In this document: piece by piece, positions 38,742 to 48,355 of the stretch
Numbering within the stretch: the stretch's first letter is position 1
Layout: every line of letters begins with the position of its first letter
Translations under genes and position numbers: made by a program
Assembly (NCBI GenBank): GCA_965223325.1
Contig: CBDCWI010000002.1
Coordinates: forward strand, 4,032,001-4,096,000
Length of the DNA: 64,000 nt
Direction: 5' to 3'
Origin: Candidatus Multivoradales bacterium
GTDB lineage: Bacteria; Acidobacteriota; Thermoanaerobaculia; Multivoradales; Multivoraceae
The notes under the pieces: generated by a model
The model's input: the letters and a program-made list of their open reading frames with translations, nothing else
Told to the model about the DNA's origin: nothing
Database searches by the model: none

Positions 38742-41700
38742 TCATTCTTTCTCGCTGCCGCCAAGCACGCGCAGGATCTCTTCGTGGGTTGCCGGTAGCT
38801 GAAGGTTTCGCGAGCACCCTCTCGCCTGGGCCAGTGCGTCTTTGACTGCGGTGAACACGGCGATCGCCAGCATCAGCGGCGGTTCACCAACGGCCTTGGT
38901 GCTGCGCAGGTTCTTGTGGTTGAGGTCATTGTCGATGAAGTCGATGTTCATGACCGGCGGCAGGTCGCTGACGGCGGGGATCTTGTAGGTCGTGGGTGAG
39001 TGGGAGAGGAGCGCACCGCCCGGGTCGTAGACCAGTTCTTCGGCGGTGACCCAGCCGATTCCCTGAACGAGGCCGCCGATGACCTGGCCGCGTTCGATTT
39101 CGAAGTTGATGGGCTTGCCGATATCCATCAGCACGTCCAGTCGCTCGACCTGCAGCGTGCCGAAGTCGCGGTCGATGAGCACCTCTGCGACACAGCCGCC
39201 GGTGGTGAAGTAGTAGAAGGGCGTTCCGCGACCGGTTTCGCGGTTGAAATCCACTCCCGGCGTGGCGTAAAAGCCTCGCGCGCCGAGGTCGACGCGTTCG
39301 GTGTGGGCCTTCTTTATCAGCTCCTGGAAGGTCAACCGACGGGTCGGCGCGCGGCGGTCGAAGACTTCGCCGCAGTCGAAGACCACCGCTTCCGGTGACG
39401 CCACGCGGCCCTGTTTGCGACTAGCGAAGTGATCAGCGGCCAGGGTAGCCAAGCGTCGGCGAATGGTTGCGCAAGCGCGCACTGCGGCGGTGCCGTTCAG
39501 GTCCGTGCTTGCTGAGGCAGCTGTTGGGGAGGTGTTGTTGTTCTTTTCCGTCGACGTCTGGAGCACGACGACTCGCCGTGGGTCGATGGAAAACTCTTCG
39601 GCGACGACCTGGGCGATCTTTGTGTTCACTCCCTGGCCCATCTCAGTGGCCCCGGTCGAAACCTGCACCGTGCCGTCGGTGAACACGTTGACCAAGGCGT
39701 TGGCCTGGTTGAGGGTCTTGTTGGTGAACGAGATTCCGAACTTTACTGGCACCAGGGACAGGCCGCGAAGGTACGTTTCGTTCGACTGGTTGAACTGCCT
39801 GATCTCCTCGCGCCGTGCGTTGTAGTCGGCGTCGCGCGCGAGGCGCGGCATGATCTCGGGCAACAGGTTCGAGACCACGGGTTGCCCGTAGGGGGTCGTG
39901 TTGGATCTCTCATTCCCCGGATCGGGGTCGCGTGCGTAGAGGTTGGCCGTGCGCACCTCGAGCGAGTCAAGATCGAGATGCTGTGCGACTTCTTCCATCA
40001 CCGTTTCGATGACGGCCATACCCTGGGGGCCGCCGAAGCCACGAAATGCTGTGTTGGGCGGCAGGTTGGTGCGGCAGACCTGTGCGGTGATCCTGACCGC
40101 CGGTAGGTAGTAGGCGTTGTCTAGATGAAGCATCAGGCGCTCGAGCACCGCGGTCGACAGGTCGGCGAATGCGCCGCCATTGGTGCGTACCTCGAAGTCC
40201 GCCGCGAGAATGTGACCGTCGCCGTCGAAACCGATGCGATAACCCACCAGGGCTTCGTGGCGTTTGCCGGTCAGTTTCATGTCGTCGTCTTTGCTGTAGA
40301 CGACGCGAGCAGGCCGGCCGGTTTGCCTGGCGACCAGCGCTGCCATCAGTGCCGGGATCGCAGCTTGGGTTTCTTTACCGCCGAAAGCGCCGCCCATGCG
40401 CTTCACCTCGCAGATCACCTGGTGCATTCCGAGATCCAGGACCTCTGCGGCGACCGCCTGGATCTCGGTTGGGTTCTGGGTCGACGAGATGATGGTGAGT
40501 TCGTCGTTCTCGCGCGGAATGGCGAGGGCAGCCTGGCTCTCGAGGTAGAACTGCTCCTGACCTCCGGTGCGCAGGCTGCCTTCAAGCTCATGCGATGCCG
40601 CTTTGAAAGCCTTCGCCAGGCCGCCGCGGGCGATGACGCGTTGGGGACCCAGGAACTCGCCTCGTTCCTCGGCCTCTTCGATTCGAAGAGTCGGCTCGAG
40701 CTTCTGAGCCTCGATGACCACCAGCTTCTGTGCCGCTTTCAGTGCGTGGCGCGAGGTTGCTGCGAGAACCACCAGAGGCTGACCCAGGTAGTGGAACTCT
40801 CTCTTGGGGAGAAACGGCTCGTCGTGGAAAATCGGCCCAAAGGGACGATGGTGCGGTAGGTCGGCTGCGGTGAAGACTCCCTCGACACCCGGCACATTGC
40901 GCGCCGCCCTTGTGTCGATGCGTTCGATCGTGCCGCGCGCATGCGGGGCGCCGACAAAGCCGACCACCAGCTCGCCCTCACGGTGAGGCAGGTCTTCGAC
41001 GTATGGAGCGCTGCCCGTCACGTGGCCGCTCGCAGAGTCGTGATGAAGCGAGTTTGGATCCGGTGGGGCAGCTGCCGTGACCGCCTCGAGAGCGAGCCCA
41101 CACTCTCGTTCATCTGGAGGCGTTCGCTTCCAGCCGGCGTCGACGTCTCGCCACGTGCGCAGAAGGACGTTGGCGGCCAACTGCAGGCGGTACTCGGCCC
41201 GGCCGCGCACGTCGGTGATGGGGGTGATCTCACCTTGCGCTATCTGACCGGCTCTTGCGAACAGCTCTTCACTTACAGTCTCGCCGGCGAGTAGGGCCTC
41301 GGTCTCTGGAAGCCGCATCACGACGGGTCCGACACCGCCCATCACGACTTTGGGATCGCTGATCACACCCGCATCGTCAGCGAAGAAGCGGATGGCAGCG
41401 GTAAAGATCGAAATGTCGAGATCCAAGCGGCGTGAAACCTTGAACAACCGAAACACTTCGTCCGAACGTGGGATCTCGAATCGGATGCGCGCCAGCAGTT
41501 CGCCGCGCTCGAGGAGCGTTTCCTTGTAGCCGGTGTAGAAACCGTCGATCGGTAGCCAGCGCGCCCCTTTCGCACTCACCAGCTCGAGCTGTGCGTCGCA
41601 GGCGATCAGACACGGAATCGCATCGCCGATCGGAGAGGCGTTCATCAAGTTGCCACCGATGGTTCCCAAGTGGCGGATCTGGGGGGCGCCAAAGACGTCG

Positions 41701-42578
41701 AGGATGCGCGTGAACTCGGGGAAACGCTCGTCGAGCGCGCTCACGATTTCACTCCAAACGGTCAGAGCGCCAATCGCGACCGTCTCTGTGCCGTCGTCGG
41801 ACCTGGTGATCTCGACGCCCGATAGAGCCTCGATGCGAGCGCTGAGGGCGACAACGTCGGTAGCCTCCTCGCGGCCCTTGTTGCGCGCGACGCCGAGGTC
41901 GGTGGCGCCACTCACGATGCGCGCCTCAGGGTGACGCTCGAGCACAGCAGCAGCGGTTTCGACGTCGCGAGGTAAGACAACGCGACGGCCTCCGTCTTCC
42001 ACTGCGACCGAGTCGCGCGCCCAGCGCGCGAGATCCGCGGCGATCACCTCTTCGGCGAAGAGGTCCTGCAGGTGAGATGACGGCGGCTCGCCGAGTGAGA
42101 GACCAGCGTCGAGGATCTGCCGGTAGCCGGTGCAACGACAGAGGTTGCCGCTCAGCCCGCGCCGCAGTTCAGCTTCACGGAGTGGCCCGGTTGTCGCGTT
42201 CTCTGAGAGGGCGGTGAGCGCAACCACGAAGCCCGGAGTGCAGAAGCCACACTGCGAGCCGAAGTTCTCGATCATTGCCCGTTGAACAGGCGAAGGATGC
42301 GCGGTGCTTCCGAGTGCGTCGACGGTCACCAGGTGGGTGGCATCGAGCTGGTAGACGAAGGCGATGCAGGAGTCGACAGCGCGGTAGCGCAGCGAACCGT
42401 CGCCTCGCGGACGGCCAAGGAGAACCGAACAGGCACCACAGTCCCCTTCAGCGCACACCACCTTGGTGGCGGTCAAGCGCATCTCTTCGCGCAGAAACTC
42501 ACTGACGGTCAGAAACGCCGCGGTCCCACGTACCTCTGTTGGTTCGCCGTTGAGGTAGAGACGGACAGCGTCGCGCAT
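38742..42578 (-). CDS. xdhB: Xanthine dehydrogenase, XdhA-XdhB fusion (2Fe-2S, FAD, Moco)
   Basis: CAEGDCGAC, QCGFCTPG, GNLCRCTGY, GATD, FGGKE, AFRGFGGPQG, KAVGEPP. Confidence 0.93.
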   Translation of the reverse strand: MRDAVRLYLNGEPTEVRGTAAFLTVSEFLREEMRLTATKVVCAEGDCGACSVLLGRPRGDGSLRYRAVDSCIAFVYQLDATHLVTVDALGSTAHPSPVQRAMIENFGSQCGFCTPGFVVALTALSENATTGPLREAELRRGLSGNLCRCTGYRQILDAGLSLGEPPSSHLQDLFAEEVIAADLARWARDSVAVEDGGRRVVLPRDVETAAAVLERHPEARIVSGATDLGVARNKGREEATDVVALSARIEALSGVEITRSDDGTETVAIGALTVWSEIVSALDERFPEFTRILDVFGAPQIRHLGTIGGNLMNASPIGDAIPCLIACDAQLELVSAKGARWLPIDGFYTGYKETLLERGELLARIRFEIPRSDEVFRLFKVSRRLDLDISIFTAAIRFFADDAGVISDPKVVMGGVGPVVMRLPETEALLAGETVSEELFARAGQIAQGEITPITDVRGRAEYRLQLAANVLLRTWRDVDAGWKRTPPDERECGLALEAVTAAAPPDPNSLHHDSASGHVTGSAPYVEDLPHREGELVVGFVGAPHARGTIERIDTRAARNVPGVEGVFTAADLPHHRPFGPIFHDEPFLPKREFHYLGQPLVVLAATSRHALKAAQKLVVIEAQKLEPTLRIEEAEERGEFLGPQRVIARGGLAKAFKAASHELEGSLRTGGQEQFYLESQAALAIPRENDELTIISSTQNPTEIQAVAAEVLDLGMHQVICEVKRMGGAFGGKETQAAIPALMAALVARQTGRPARVVYSKDDDMKLTGKRHEALVGYRIGFDGDGHILAADFEVRTNGGAFADLSTAVLERLMLHLDNAYYLPAVRITAQVCRTNLPPNTAFRGFGGPQGMAVIETVMEEVAQHLDLDSLEVRTANLYARDPDPGNERSNTTPYGQPVVSNLLPEIMPRLARDADYNARREEIRQFNQSNETYLRGLSLVPVKFGISFTNKTLNQANALVNVFTDGTVQVSTGATEMGQGVNTKIAQVVAEEFSIDPRRVVVLQTSTEKNNNTSPTAASASTDLNGTAAVRACATIRRRLATLAADHFASRKQGRVASPEAVVFDCGEVFDRRAPTRRLTFQELIKKAHTERVDLGARGFYATPGVDFNRETGRGTPFYYFTTGGCVAEVLIDRDFGTLQVERLDVLMDIGKPINFEIERGQVIGGLVQGIGWVTAEELVYDPGGALLSHSPTTYKIPAVSDLPPVMNIDFIDNDLNHKNLRSTKAVGEPPLMLAIAVFTAVKDALAQARGCSRNLQLPATHEEILRVLGGSEKE

Positions 42579-42582
42579 TGGG

Positions 42583-42816
42583 TCAGGACCGTTTGACGGT
42601 CGCTTGAATCAGCCCGAAAGGTTCAACGGTGTTCTTCATCGAGTCGGTGGCGATGACCTGGTGGTTGTCGCCGGCCAGGTAGCTGTCTTCGAAGTCGCCT
42701 TCGAGCTGGACCGAAACCGTGGCGACTGAAACTCGGTGCGGATCCCGGCCCCTGTCCAACCGGGTGACGCCCTCCCTCGACTGGCCGTAGAGGTGTTCCT
42801 TGAGTGTCAGTGGCAT
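42583..42816 (-). pseudogene. pucL: Uricase remnant: N-terminus fused in frame to the extreme C-terminus
   Basis: LEGDFEDSYLAGDN..VIATDSMKNTV directly followed by EPFGLIQATVKRS*; 77 aa versus about 300 aa. Confidence 0.82.
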
Positions 42817-42839
42817 GACCGCAACTATAGTCGGGACCG

Positions 42840-44231
42840 ATGTCTACTGAAGCCCGGCATGAACCGCCCATCGTCTTACGCAGCCAACGCGTTCTGCTAG
42901 TCGATGGCGGGCTTGCGGCCCGTGACCTGGTATTTGATTGCGCTGTTGCGGGAGGGTTGATCCGTGCCGTCCTGGAACACGGTTCCTGGCGCGGTGATGG
43001 CGAGGTCATCGATGTCGGTTCCCGGGTGGTGATGCCGTCGCTGGTGGACACCCACACCCACTGCAACGATCCAGGACGCACGCACTGGGAGGGTTTCGAT
43101 CATGCGACCCGGGCCGCTGCGGCGGGTGGCATCGGCTGGCTTGCCGATATGCCACTCAACAGCGATCCGGTGACCATCGACCTGCCGGCGCTCGAACAGA
43201 AGCTGGATGCCGCACGCGGCAGGATCTTCGTCGATGTTTCGCTCTACGCCGGCCTCGTGGGTGGCGACAAAGTGCAGCCGGCCGAGTTGCTCACGGCGCT
43301 CGCAGAACGCACTTCAGCGTTCAAGGCGTTTCTTTGCGACTCGGGGCTCTACGATCTTGGGGTCGAGCAGTTCCCGCCAGTCAACCACGCAGTTCTCGAG
43401 GCTGCCATGCCGATTCTCGCCGCGCATGGGCGTCGCCTCCTGGTGCACGCCGAGCGCCTCGAGTCGGCTCCAGAGATGAACGATCCTCACGACCCGCGGT
43501 CCTACCAGGACTACCTGGCGAGTCGCCCGGTGTCTTGTGAGGTCGATGCAATCGCGGAGATGATTGCGCTCTCAGAAAAGACCGGCTGTGCGATCCACAT
43601 CGTGCACGTGTCGGCAGCAGAGTCGATCGATCTGCTGCGTGGCGCACGCGGTCGTGGAGTGGCGGTAAGCGCGGAGACCTGTCCACACTACCTCTACTTT
43701 GCGGCGGAAGAGGTTCCGGATCGCGCGGCGGCCTGGAAATGCGCTCCGCCGATTCGCGAGGCCCACCACCGTGACGCGTTGTGGGGTGGGCTCGCCGAGG
43801 GGGTGCTCAATTTCATCGCCAGCGATCATTCGCCCTGCCCCCCTGGTCTGAAAGCGCTCGCTACTGGTGACCTCGAAGCGGCTTGGGGCGGCATTGCTTC
43901 ACTCCAGCTCATGCTGCCGATCGTGTGGACCGAAGCGCAGCGACGGGGTTTTTCGGTCCCTGACATCAGCCGATGGCTGTCGCGCGAGCCGGCACGCTTT
44001 CTGGGTGACGAGAAGCGCACGATCACGGTTGGTGCGCGTGCCGACCTCCTGGTCTGGGATCCAGAGGCGCGCTTCGTCGTCGATGGAACGCGACTCGAAC
44101 ATCGACATGCACTCACCCCCTACGAAGGTCTCGAGCTCGAGGGTCAAGTGACGCGCCACTACCTGGCCGGCGATTTGGTCTGGAACGACGGCGCGATCGC
44201 CGGAACCCCACGAGGAGTCGTGCGTGTCTGA
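42840..44231 (+). CDS. allB: Allantoinase
   Basis: DTHTHCNDPGRTHWEGF, DMPLNS, FKAFL, ETCPHYL, KCAPPIR, SDHSPC, AWGGI. Confidence 0.92.
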   Translation: MSTEARHEPPIVLRSQRVLLVDGGLAARDLVFDCAVAGGLIRAVLEHGSWRGDGEVIDVGSRVVMPSLVDTHTHCNDPGRTHWEGFDHATRAAAAGGIGWLADMPLNSDPVTIDLPALEQKLDAARGRIFVDVSLYAGLVGGDKVQPAELLTALAERTSAFKAFLCDSGLYDLGVEQFPPVNHAVLEAAMPILAAHGRRLLVHAERLESAPEMNDPHDPRSYQDYLASRPVSCEVDAIAEMIALSEKTGCAIHIVHVSAAESIDLLRGARGRGVAVSAETCPHYLYFAAEEVPDRAAAWKCAPPIREAHHRDALWGGLAEGVLNFIASDHSPCPPGLKALATGDLEAAWGGIASLQLMLPIVWTEAQRRGFSVPDISRWLSREPARFLGDEKRTITVGARADLLVWDPEARFVVDGTRLEHRHALTPYEGLELEGQVTRHYLAGDLVWNDGAIAGTPRGVVRV

Positions 44232-44778
44232 GCCGCTCCAGTTCGATGACGGCTCGGCGTTCCTCAATGCCGTCGATCAGAACACCGCCGAGGTGCTCCT
44301 CGAGCGCTGCTGTGGTTCCAAACGCTGGGTCCATGCCATGCTGGTGGCCCGACCCTTCGCCGATGGCGCACATCTCGAGGAAGAAGCCGAGCGCGCTTTC
44401 GACGCTCTCGATGAAACGGACTGGTTGGAGGCCTTCGCCGCCCATCCCCGTATTGGCGAACACAAAGTGTCGGCAGCGGACGAACGAGAGAGCACGGAAG
44501 GGGCGACACGAGCGGCGATGGCTGCCGCTGAACAGGCAAGCACGGCCGCGGCTTCAGAGGACACTCTCGCGGCACTCGCCGAAGGGAATGCACTCTATGA
44601 AGAGCGCTTCGGCTTCGTCTATCTGGTCTTCGCAACCGGTAAGACCTCAGAGGAGATGCTCGCTCTCCTGGAGCGGCGTCTCCAGAACACGCGGTCTCGA
44701 GAGGTCCTGAACGCTGCCAGAGAACAGCGCCTGATCACGGCGCTGCGGCTGTCGAGAATCGGTACCATCGAAGGATGA
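44224..44778 (+). CDS. uraD: OHCU decarboxylase
   Basis: EAFAAHPRIG, GNALYEERFGFVY, EQRLITALRL. Confidence 0.9.
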   Translation: MSEPLQFDDGSAFLNAVDQNTAEVLLERCCGSKRWVHAMLVARPFADGAHLEEEAERAFDALDETDWLEAFAAHPRIGEHKVSAADERESTEGATRAAMAAAEQASTAAASEDTLAALAEGNALYEERFGFVYLVFATGKTSEEMLALLERRLQNTRSREVLNAAREQRLITALRLSRIGTIEG

Positions 44779-45101
44779 GCCACGTCACCACCCACATTCT
44801 CGATACCAGCCGTGGTCGCCCGGTTGCCGGAGTCGACGTCGAACTATCGCAAGGGGGCGACGACGGTTGGCAGGTCATTGCGGCGGCGACCACCGACGCC
44901 GACGGGCGCTGCGCGGCCCTCGGGCCGGTGAGGCTCGAGTCGGGTGTCTATCGCATATCTTTCGCGGTCGCCTCCTACCTCGGCGCCGATGCGTTCTATC
45001 CCGAGGTGCAGGTGACGTTTCGACTCGACGGCGCGGAGCCGCACTACCACGTGCCGCTGCTTCTCAATCCTTTCGGCTACAGCACCTACCGAGGCAGCTG
45101 A
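44775..45101 (+). CDS. uraH: 5-hydroxyisourate hydrolase
   Basis: TTHILDT, DGR, HYHVPLLL, C-terminal YRGS. Confidence 0.95.
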   Translation: MSHVTTHILDTSRGRPVAGVDVELSQGGDDGWQVIAAATTDADGRCAALGPVRLESGVYRISFAVASYLGADAFYPEVQVTFRLDGAEPHYHVPLLLNPFGYSTYRGS

Positions 45102-45643
45102 TGCCGGGTCGAAAGCCCCGTAGCATCCCAGTCGAGCCACTGACTCGAGAGGCTTTCGAACCCTTCGGGGAAGTGGTCGATTGGCGCTCCGCCCTGCCGG
45201 TCGAGGCCAACGCGGGCACCGCTCAGAAGTTCTCCGACCTGGCGTCGATCGAAATCGACGCGGCGGGCAGGCCCTCGTTGTCGCTGTATCGCGCACAGCC
45301 GCGCCACTTTCCACTTCGCCTCGAAGTCCTGGAGCATCACCCGCTCGCCAGTCAGGCGTTTGTTCCGCTGGCCACCCGACGGTTCCTGATCGTGGTCGCC
45401 GACGGTTCTGATGTCGCTCCGGCGCTGGCGAGCTGCCGTGCCTTTCTCGCCGAGGGTGGCATGGGAGTCAACTTCAAGCCGGGCACCTGGCACCACCCCT
45501 TGCTGGCTCTCGATGAGGTGTGCGACTTCCTGGTGGTCGACCGGCGTTTCGAACCCCAGTGCCCGCGCGAGAACCTGGTCGAGTTTCCGCTCGAAGGGGA
45601 GCTCATGATCGAAAGCGCCGAGCTCTCGAAAGGCCTCGCATGA
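45101..45643 (+). CDS. allA: Ureidoglycolate lyase
   Basis: PLTREAFEPFG, LEHHPLASQAF, GVNFKPGTWHHPL, FLVVDR; ATG overlaps uraH TGA. Confidence 0.88.
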   Translation: MPGRKPRSIPVEPLTREAFEPFGEVVDWRSALPVEANAGTAQKFSDLASIEIDAAGRPSLSLYRAQPRHFPLRLEVLEHHPLASQAFVPLATRRFLIVVADGSDVAPALASCRAFLAEGGMGVNFKPGTWHHPLLALDEVCDFLVVDRRFEPQCPRENLVEFPLEGELMIESAELSKGLA

Positions 45644-46872
45644 CGGGCTCGAGAGTGTCGAGAGACCGCCTGTGGGAACGGCTGCTCGCTATCGCTCTCA
45701 TCGGTGCGATTCCTGGCGACGGCAGTTGTCGCGAGGCCTTGAGCGATGGCGACCGTGAGGCGCGTGACCTGCTGGCGCGTTGGTGCGACGAGCTCGGCTA
45801 CTCGCAGCGGGTGGACCAGGTGGGCAACATGTTCGCCCGCCGTGCCGGGCGCGATCCCCAGGCGCCGCCGATCCTGCTCGGGAGCCACCTCGATACCCAA
45901 CCGACCGGCGGCCGTTTCGACGGGGTGGCAGGGGTCCTGGCTGCGCTCGAGGTTCTTCAGTCGCTCGATGACCTCGGAGTCGAAACCGAGATGCCGGTCG
46001 AGCTGGTCAATTGGACCAACGAAGAGGGGTCGCGCTTTCAAACCGGCCTGACGGGTTCCGCGGTGTGGTCAGGCCAGCTCGCCCTCGAAGAGGCCTGGGC
46101 CGATCAGGACCGCGACGGTCGCCTGTTGCGCGACGAGCTCGTGCGCATCGGCTACCTCGGAGAAGCGCCGGCCGAGGCGTTTCCGATTCGCGCCTTCTTC
46201 GAGCTCCACATTGAACAGGGTCCAGTGCTCGAAGGTGCTGGCGACTGGATCGGAGTCGTCGAGAGTATTCAGAACATGGCGCGCATCGAGGCGACTCTCC
46301 ACGGCACCGAGGCGCACGCTGGAACCACTCCGATGGATCAGCGCGACGACCCCATCCGTCTGCTGGCGGCAGTTCTTCCCGAACTCTACGCGCTGGTGGA
46401 CAACGCGGGTCCGGCGGTGCGCTTCAACGTCGGCACGTTGAACGTCGAACCAGGTGCGATCAACACCGTCCCGGGCAAGGTGCGTCTGGGGATCGATCTG
46501 CGCCATCCCGATGCGGCGGCTCACCGCGCGCTGATACGGCAGATTCACCAGGTCTTCGCCGCAAAGGGCGAGCAGTTGGGGATTGAAGTGGAGAGTAAGG
46601 TCGTGTGGTCCCATCCCGGGCTCAGTTTCGATTCTCTGGCTGTTGATGCCCTGGCGCGCGCTGCCGAGCGCTGTGGCTATCCGTGGCGCCCCATGGCTAG
46701 CGGCGCTGGCCACGACGCAATGGCTGTCGCCCGGGCGGCGCCAGCGGCGATGATCTTCATTCCCTGCCGAGGTGGTGTTTCACATAACCCTCTGGAGTGG
46801 GCCGAACCCGAACACCTGGCGGCCGGCGCGCATGTCTTGCTCGAGGCAGTGCTCGAGCTCAGCGGTCGCTGA
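45640..46872 (+). CDS. M20 Zn-dependent amidohydrolase (allantoate amidohydrolase/carbamoylase family)
   Basis: GSHLDT, GGRFDG, NEEGSRF, ELHIEQGP, HAGT, SGAGHDA, SHNP. Confidence 0.88.
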   Translation: MTGSRVSRDRLWERLLAIALIGAIPGDGSCREALSDGDREARDLLARWCDELGYSQRVDQVGNMFARRAGRDPQAPPILLGSHLDTQPTGGRFDGVAGVLAALEVLQSLDDLGVETEMPVELVNWTNEEGSRFQTGLTGSAVWSGQLALEEAWADQDRDGRLLRDELVRIGYLGEAPAEAFPIRAFFELHIEQGPVLEGAGDWIGVVESIQNMARIEATLHGTEAHAGTTPMDQRDDPIRLLAAVLPELYALVDNAGPAVRFNVGTLNVEPGAINTVPGKVRLGIDLRHPDAAAHRALIRQIHQVFAAKGEQLGIEVESKVVWSHPGLSFDSLAVDALARAAERCGYPWRPMASGAGHDAMAVARAAPAAMIFIPCRGGVSHNPLEWAEPEHLAAGAHVLLEAVLELSGR

Positions 46873-46968
46873 AACTCGCTCCAGGGCCAGGTCAACGATT
46901 CTCCGCTCTCACGGGTACAGGTAGAGAAGGTCGGAAGAAGGAGCGTTTAACGGGAGGCCTGGCAGTCG

Positions 46969-47526
46969 ATGCTCGATGGCGACTCACATAGCGACGAGGG
47001 GTTGGCCTCATTGGCCCTCGAGGGTGATCGCGCGGCCTTCGAGGTTCTGGTTCGGCGTTACCTGCGGCGGGCGATGGCAGTCGCCGTCCAGCAGGTCGGT
47101 TCACTCGAAGACGCTGAAGACGTCGTCCAGGACGCCTTCCATCGCATGGTGCGGGCGCTCCCGGCCTACGACCCGGAGCGCCCGTTCAGCCCCTGGTTCT
47201 TCACCATCGTTCGCAACCAGGCGCGTAGCGCACTGCGCAAGGCGGGCCGACGCGCTGAACTCGTGCCCATGCGAACCCTCGACGCCGCCACCGTAGAGCC
47301 AACCGCGAGTCCGACCGAGGCGGCGACCGAGGTCGAACAGGCCGTCGCCCGGCTGCCCGCCATGCAGCAGTCGTGCTTCAGGCTGTGCGAGGTCGAAGGG
47401 TTCACCAGTCAGGAAATCGGCGCCATGCTCGGAATCAGCGACGGCACTGTGCGCACCCATCTTCATCGTGCCCGCGAACAACTGCGGAACACCTTGGCAA
47501 CAGCAGGAAAGGCCGGTTCCCGATGA
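46969..47526 (+). CDS. ECF RNA polymerase sigma factor
   Basis: DAEDVVQDAF, FSPWFFTIVRN, GTVRTHLHRAR. Confidence 0.9.
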   Translation: MLDGDSHSDEGLASLALEGDRAAFEVLVRRYLRRAMAVAVQQVGSLEDAEDVVQDAFHRMVRALPAYDPERPFSPWFFTIVRNQARSALRKAGRRAELVPMRTLDAATVEPTASPTEAATEVEQAVARLPAMQQSCFRLCEVEGFTSQEIGAMLGISDGTVRTHLHRAREQLRNTLATAGKAGSR

Positions 47527-47939
47527 GCACCCTTCCCACCTCCCGACTTCCCGACGACGAGGGCTACTGGCAGGAGCTCGAGGGACAGATCGTTCGTGAC
47601 GCCCTGGGTCCTTTGGCTCTCTACCGTCGCAGCGCCAGCCGCTGGTACTGGCCGCTGGCTGAACGTGTCGGCTGGCTGGTCGCGGCGGCGCTGGCGGTCA
47701 TCGTTGCGTCGTGGTTCGCGGCCACCTCGCCCGGAACCCCGTCGCACGAGCGCCCGGAAGGGCGCACCAGCCCTCTCGAGCGTTCGGTGGCACCAGCAGA
47801 TGCCAGCGGAGTGTTGTTCGGCGCCGCCCAGCCTCCCGACCTGGCCGCGCTTCTCGAGCAGTTCCCGCCCAATCACCACAGCCGGGTGACAGCCAGTCCC
47901 ACAACAAACAGCCCCGAGGGCAGATCGGTGGAGCGATGA
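47523..47939 (+). CDS. Small single-TM protein, putative anti-sigma factor
   Basis: ATGA overlap with sigma stop; TM WLVAAALAVIVASWF. Confidence 0.55.
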   Translation: MSTLPTSRLPDDEGYWQELEGQIVRDALGPLALYRRSASRWYWPLAERVGWLVAAALAVIVASWFAATSPGTPSHERPEGRTSPLERSVAPADASGVLFGAAQPPDLAALLEQFPPNHHSRVTASPTTNSPEGRSVER

Positions 47940-48355
47940 TGAACTTGCGACTGCGAGCACTTCTGGGAGCGTTTTCGATCTTCGCAGCCGGCCTGGCCAG
48001 CGGAGTTGCCATTGGCAAGCTCCACAGCCCACAGCCGGTTCTCGGCGACAGCGCAGCGGATCATCACCAGCTCCTGATGAGCGAACTCGATCGCGCCATC
48101 GACCTCGATGAGCAACAGCTCGAGCAGTTGAACAAGGTCCTCGGGCGTCACCAGGACTTCGTCCAGAAAGCCTGGGAGCAGCTCCGGCCCGAAGTCGAGA
48201 TCGCGATGGAGAAGGTCCACCGCGAGATCGCCGAACTACTGCGAACCGATCAGCGCGAGCGCTATCACGAGTGGCTCCTGGAGCGGCACCACGACGGTGA
48301 CGGTGAGACATTCGAGACTGAGCACCACGGAGAAGACAAGAGTCATCACCCATGA
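47936..48355 (+). CDS. Periplasmic helical protein (Spy/CpxP/heavy-metal-resistance-like)
   Basis: N-terminal TM, LDEQQ and LRTDQRERY repeats, His-rich tail. Confidence 0.6.
   Translation: MMNLRLRALLGAFSIFAAGLASGVAIGKLHSPQPVLGDSAADHHQLLMSELDRAIDLDEQQLEQLNKVLGRHQDFVQKAWEQLRPEVEIAMEKVHREIAELLRTDQRERYHEWLLERHHDGDGETFETEHHGEDKSHHP

Noticed and set aside
37457-38764. 435-aa minus-strand ORF across the tandem array
   Set aside because: TTG start inside xdh; the 1-bp indel in copy 4 switches the repeat's reading frame; the T-poor minus strand makes stops rare, so two frames stay open by composition; the related 33.3-kb copy conserves structure rather than an evident protein. Not fully excluded without proteomics.
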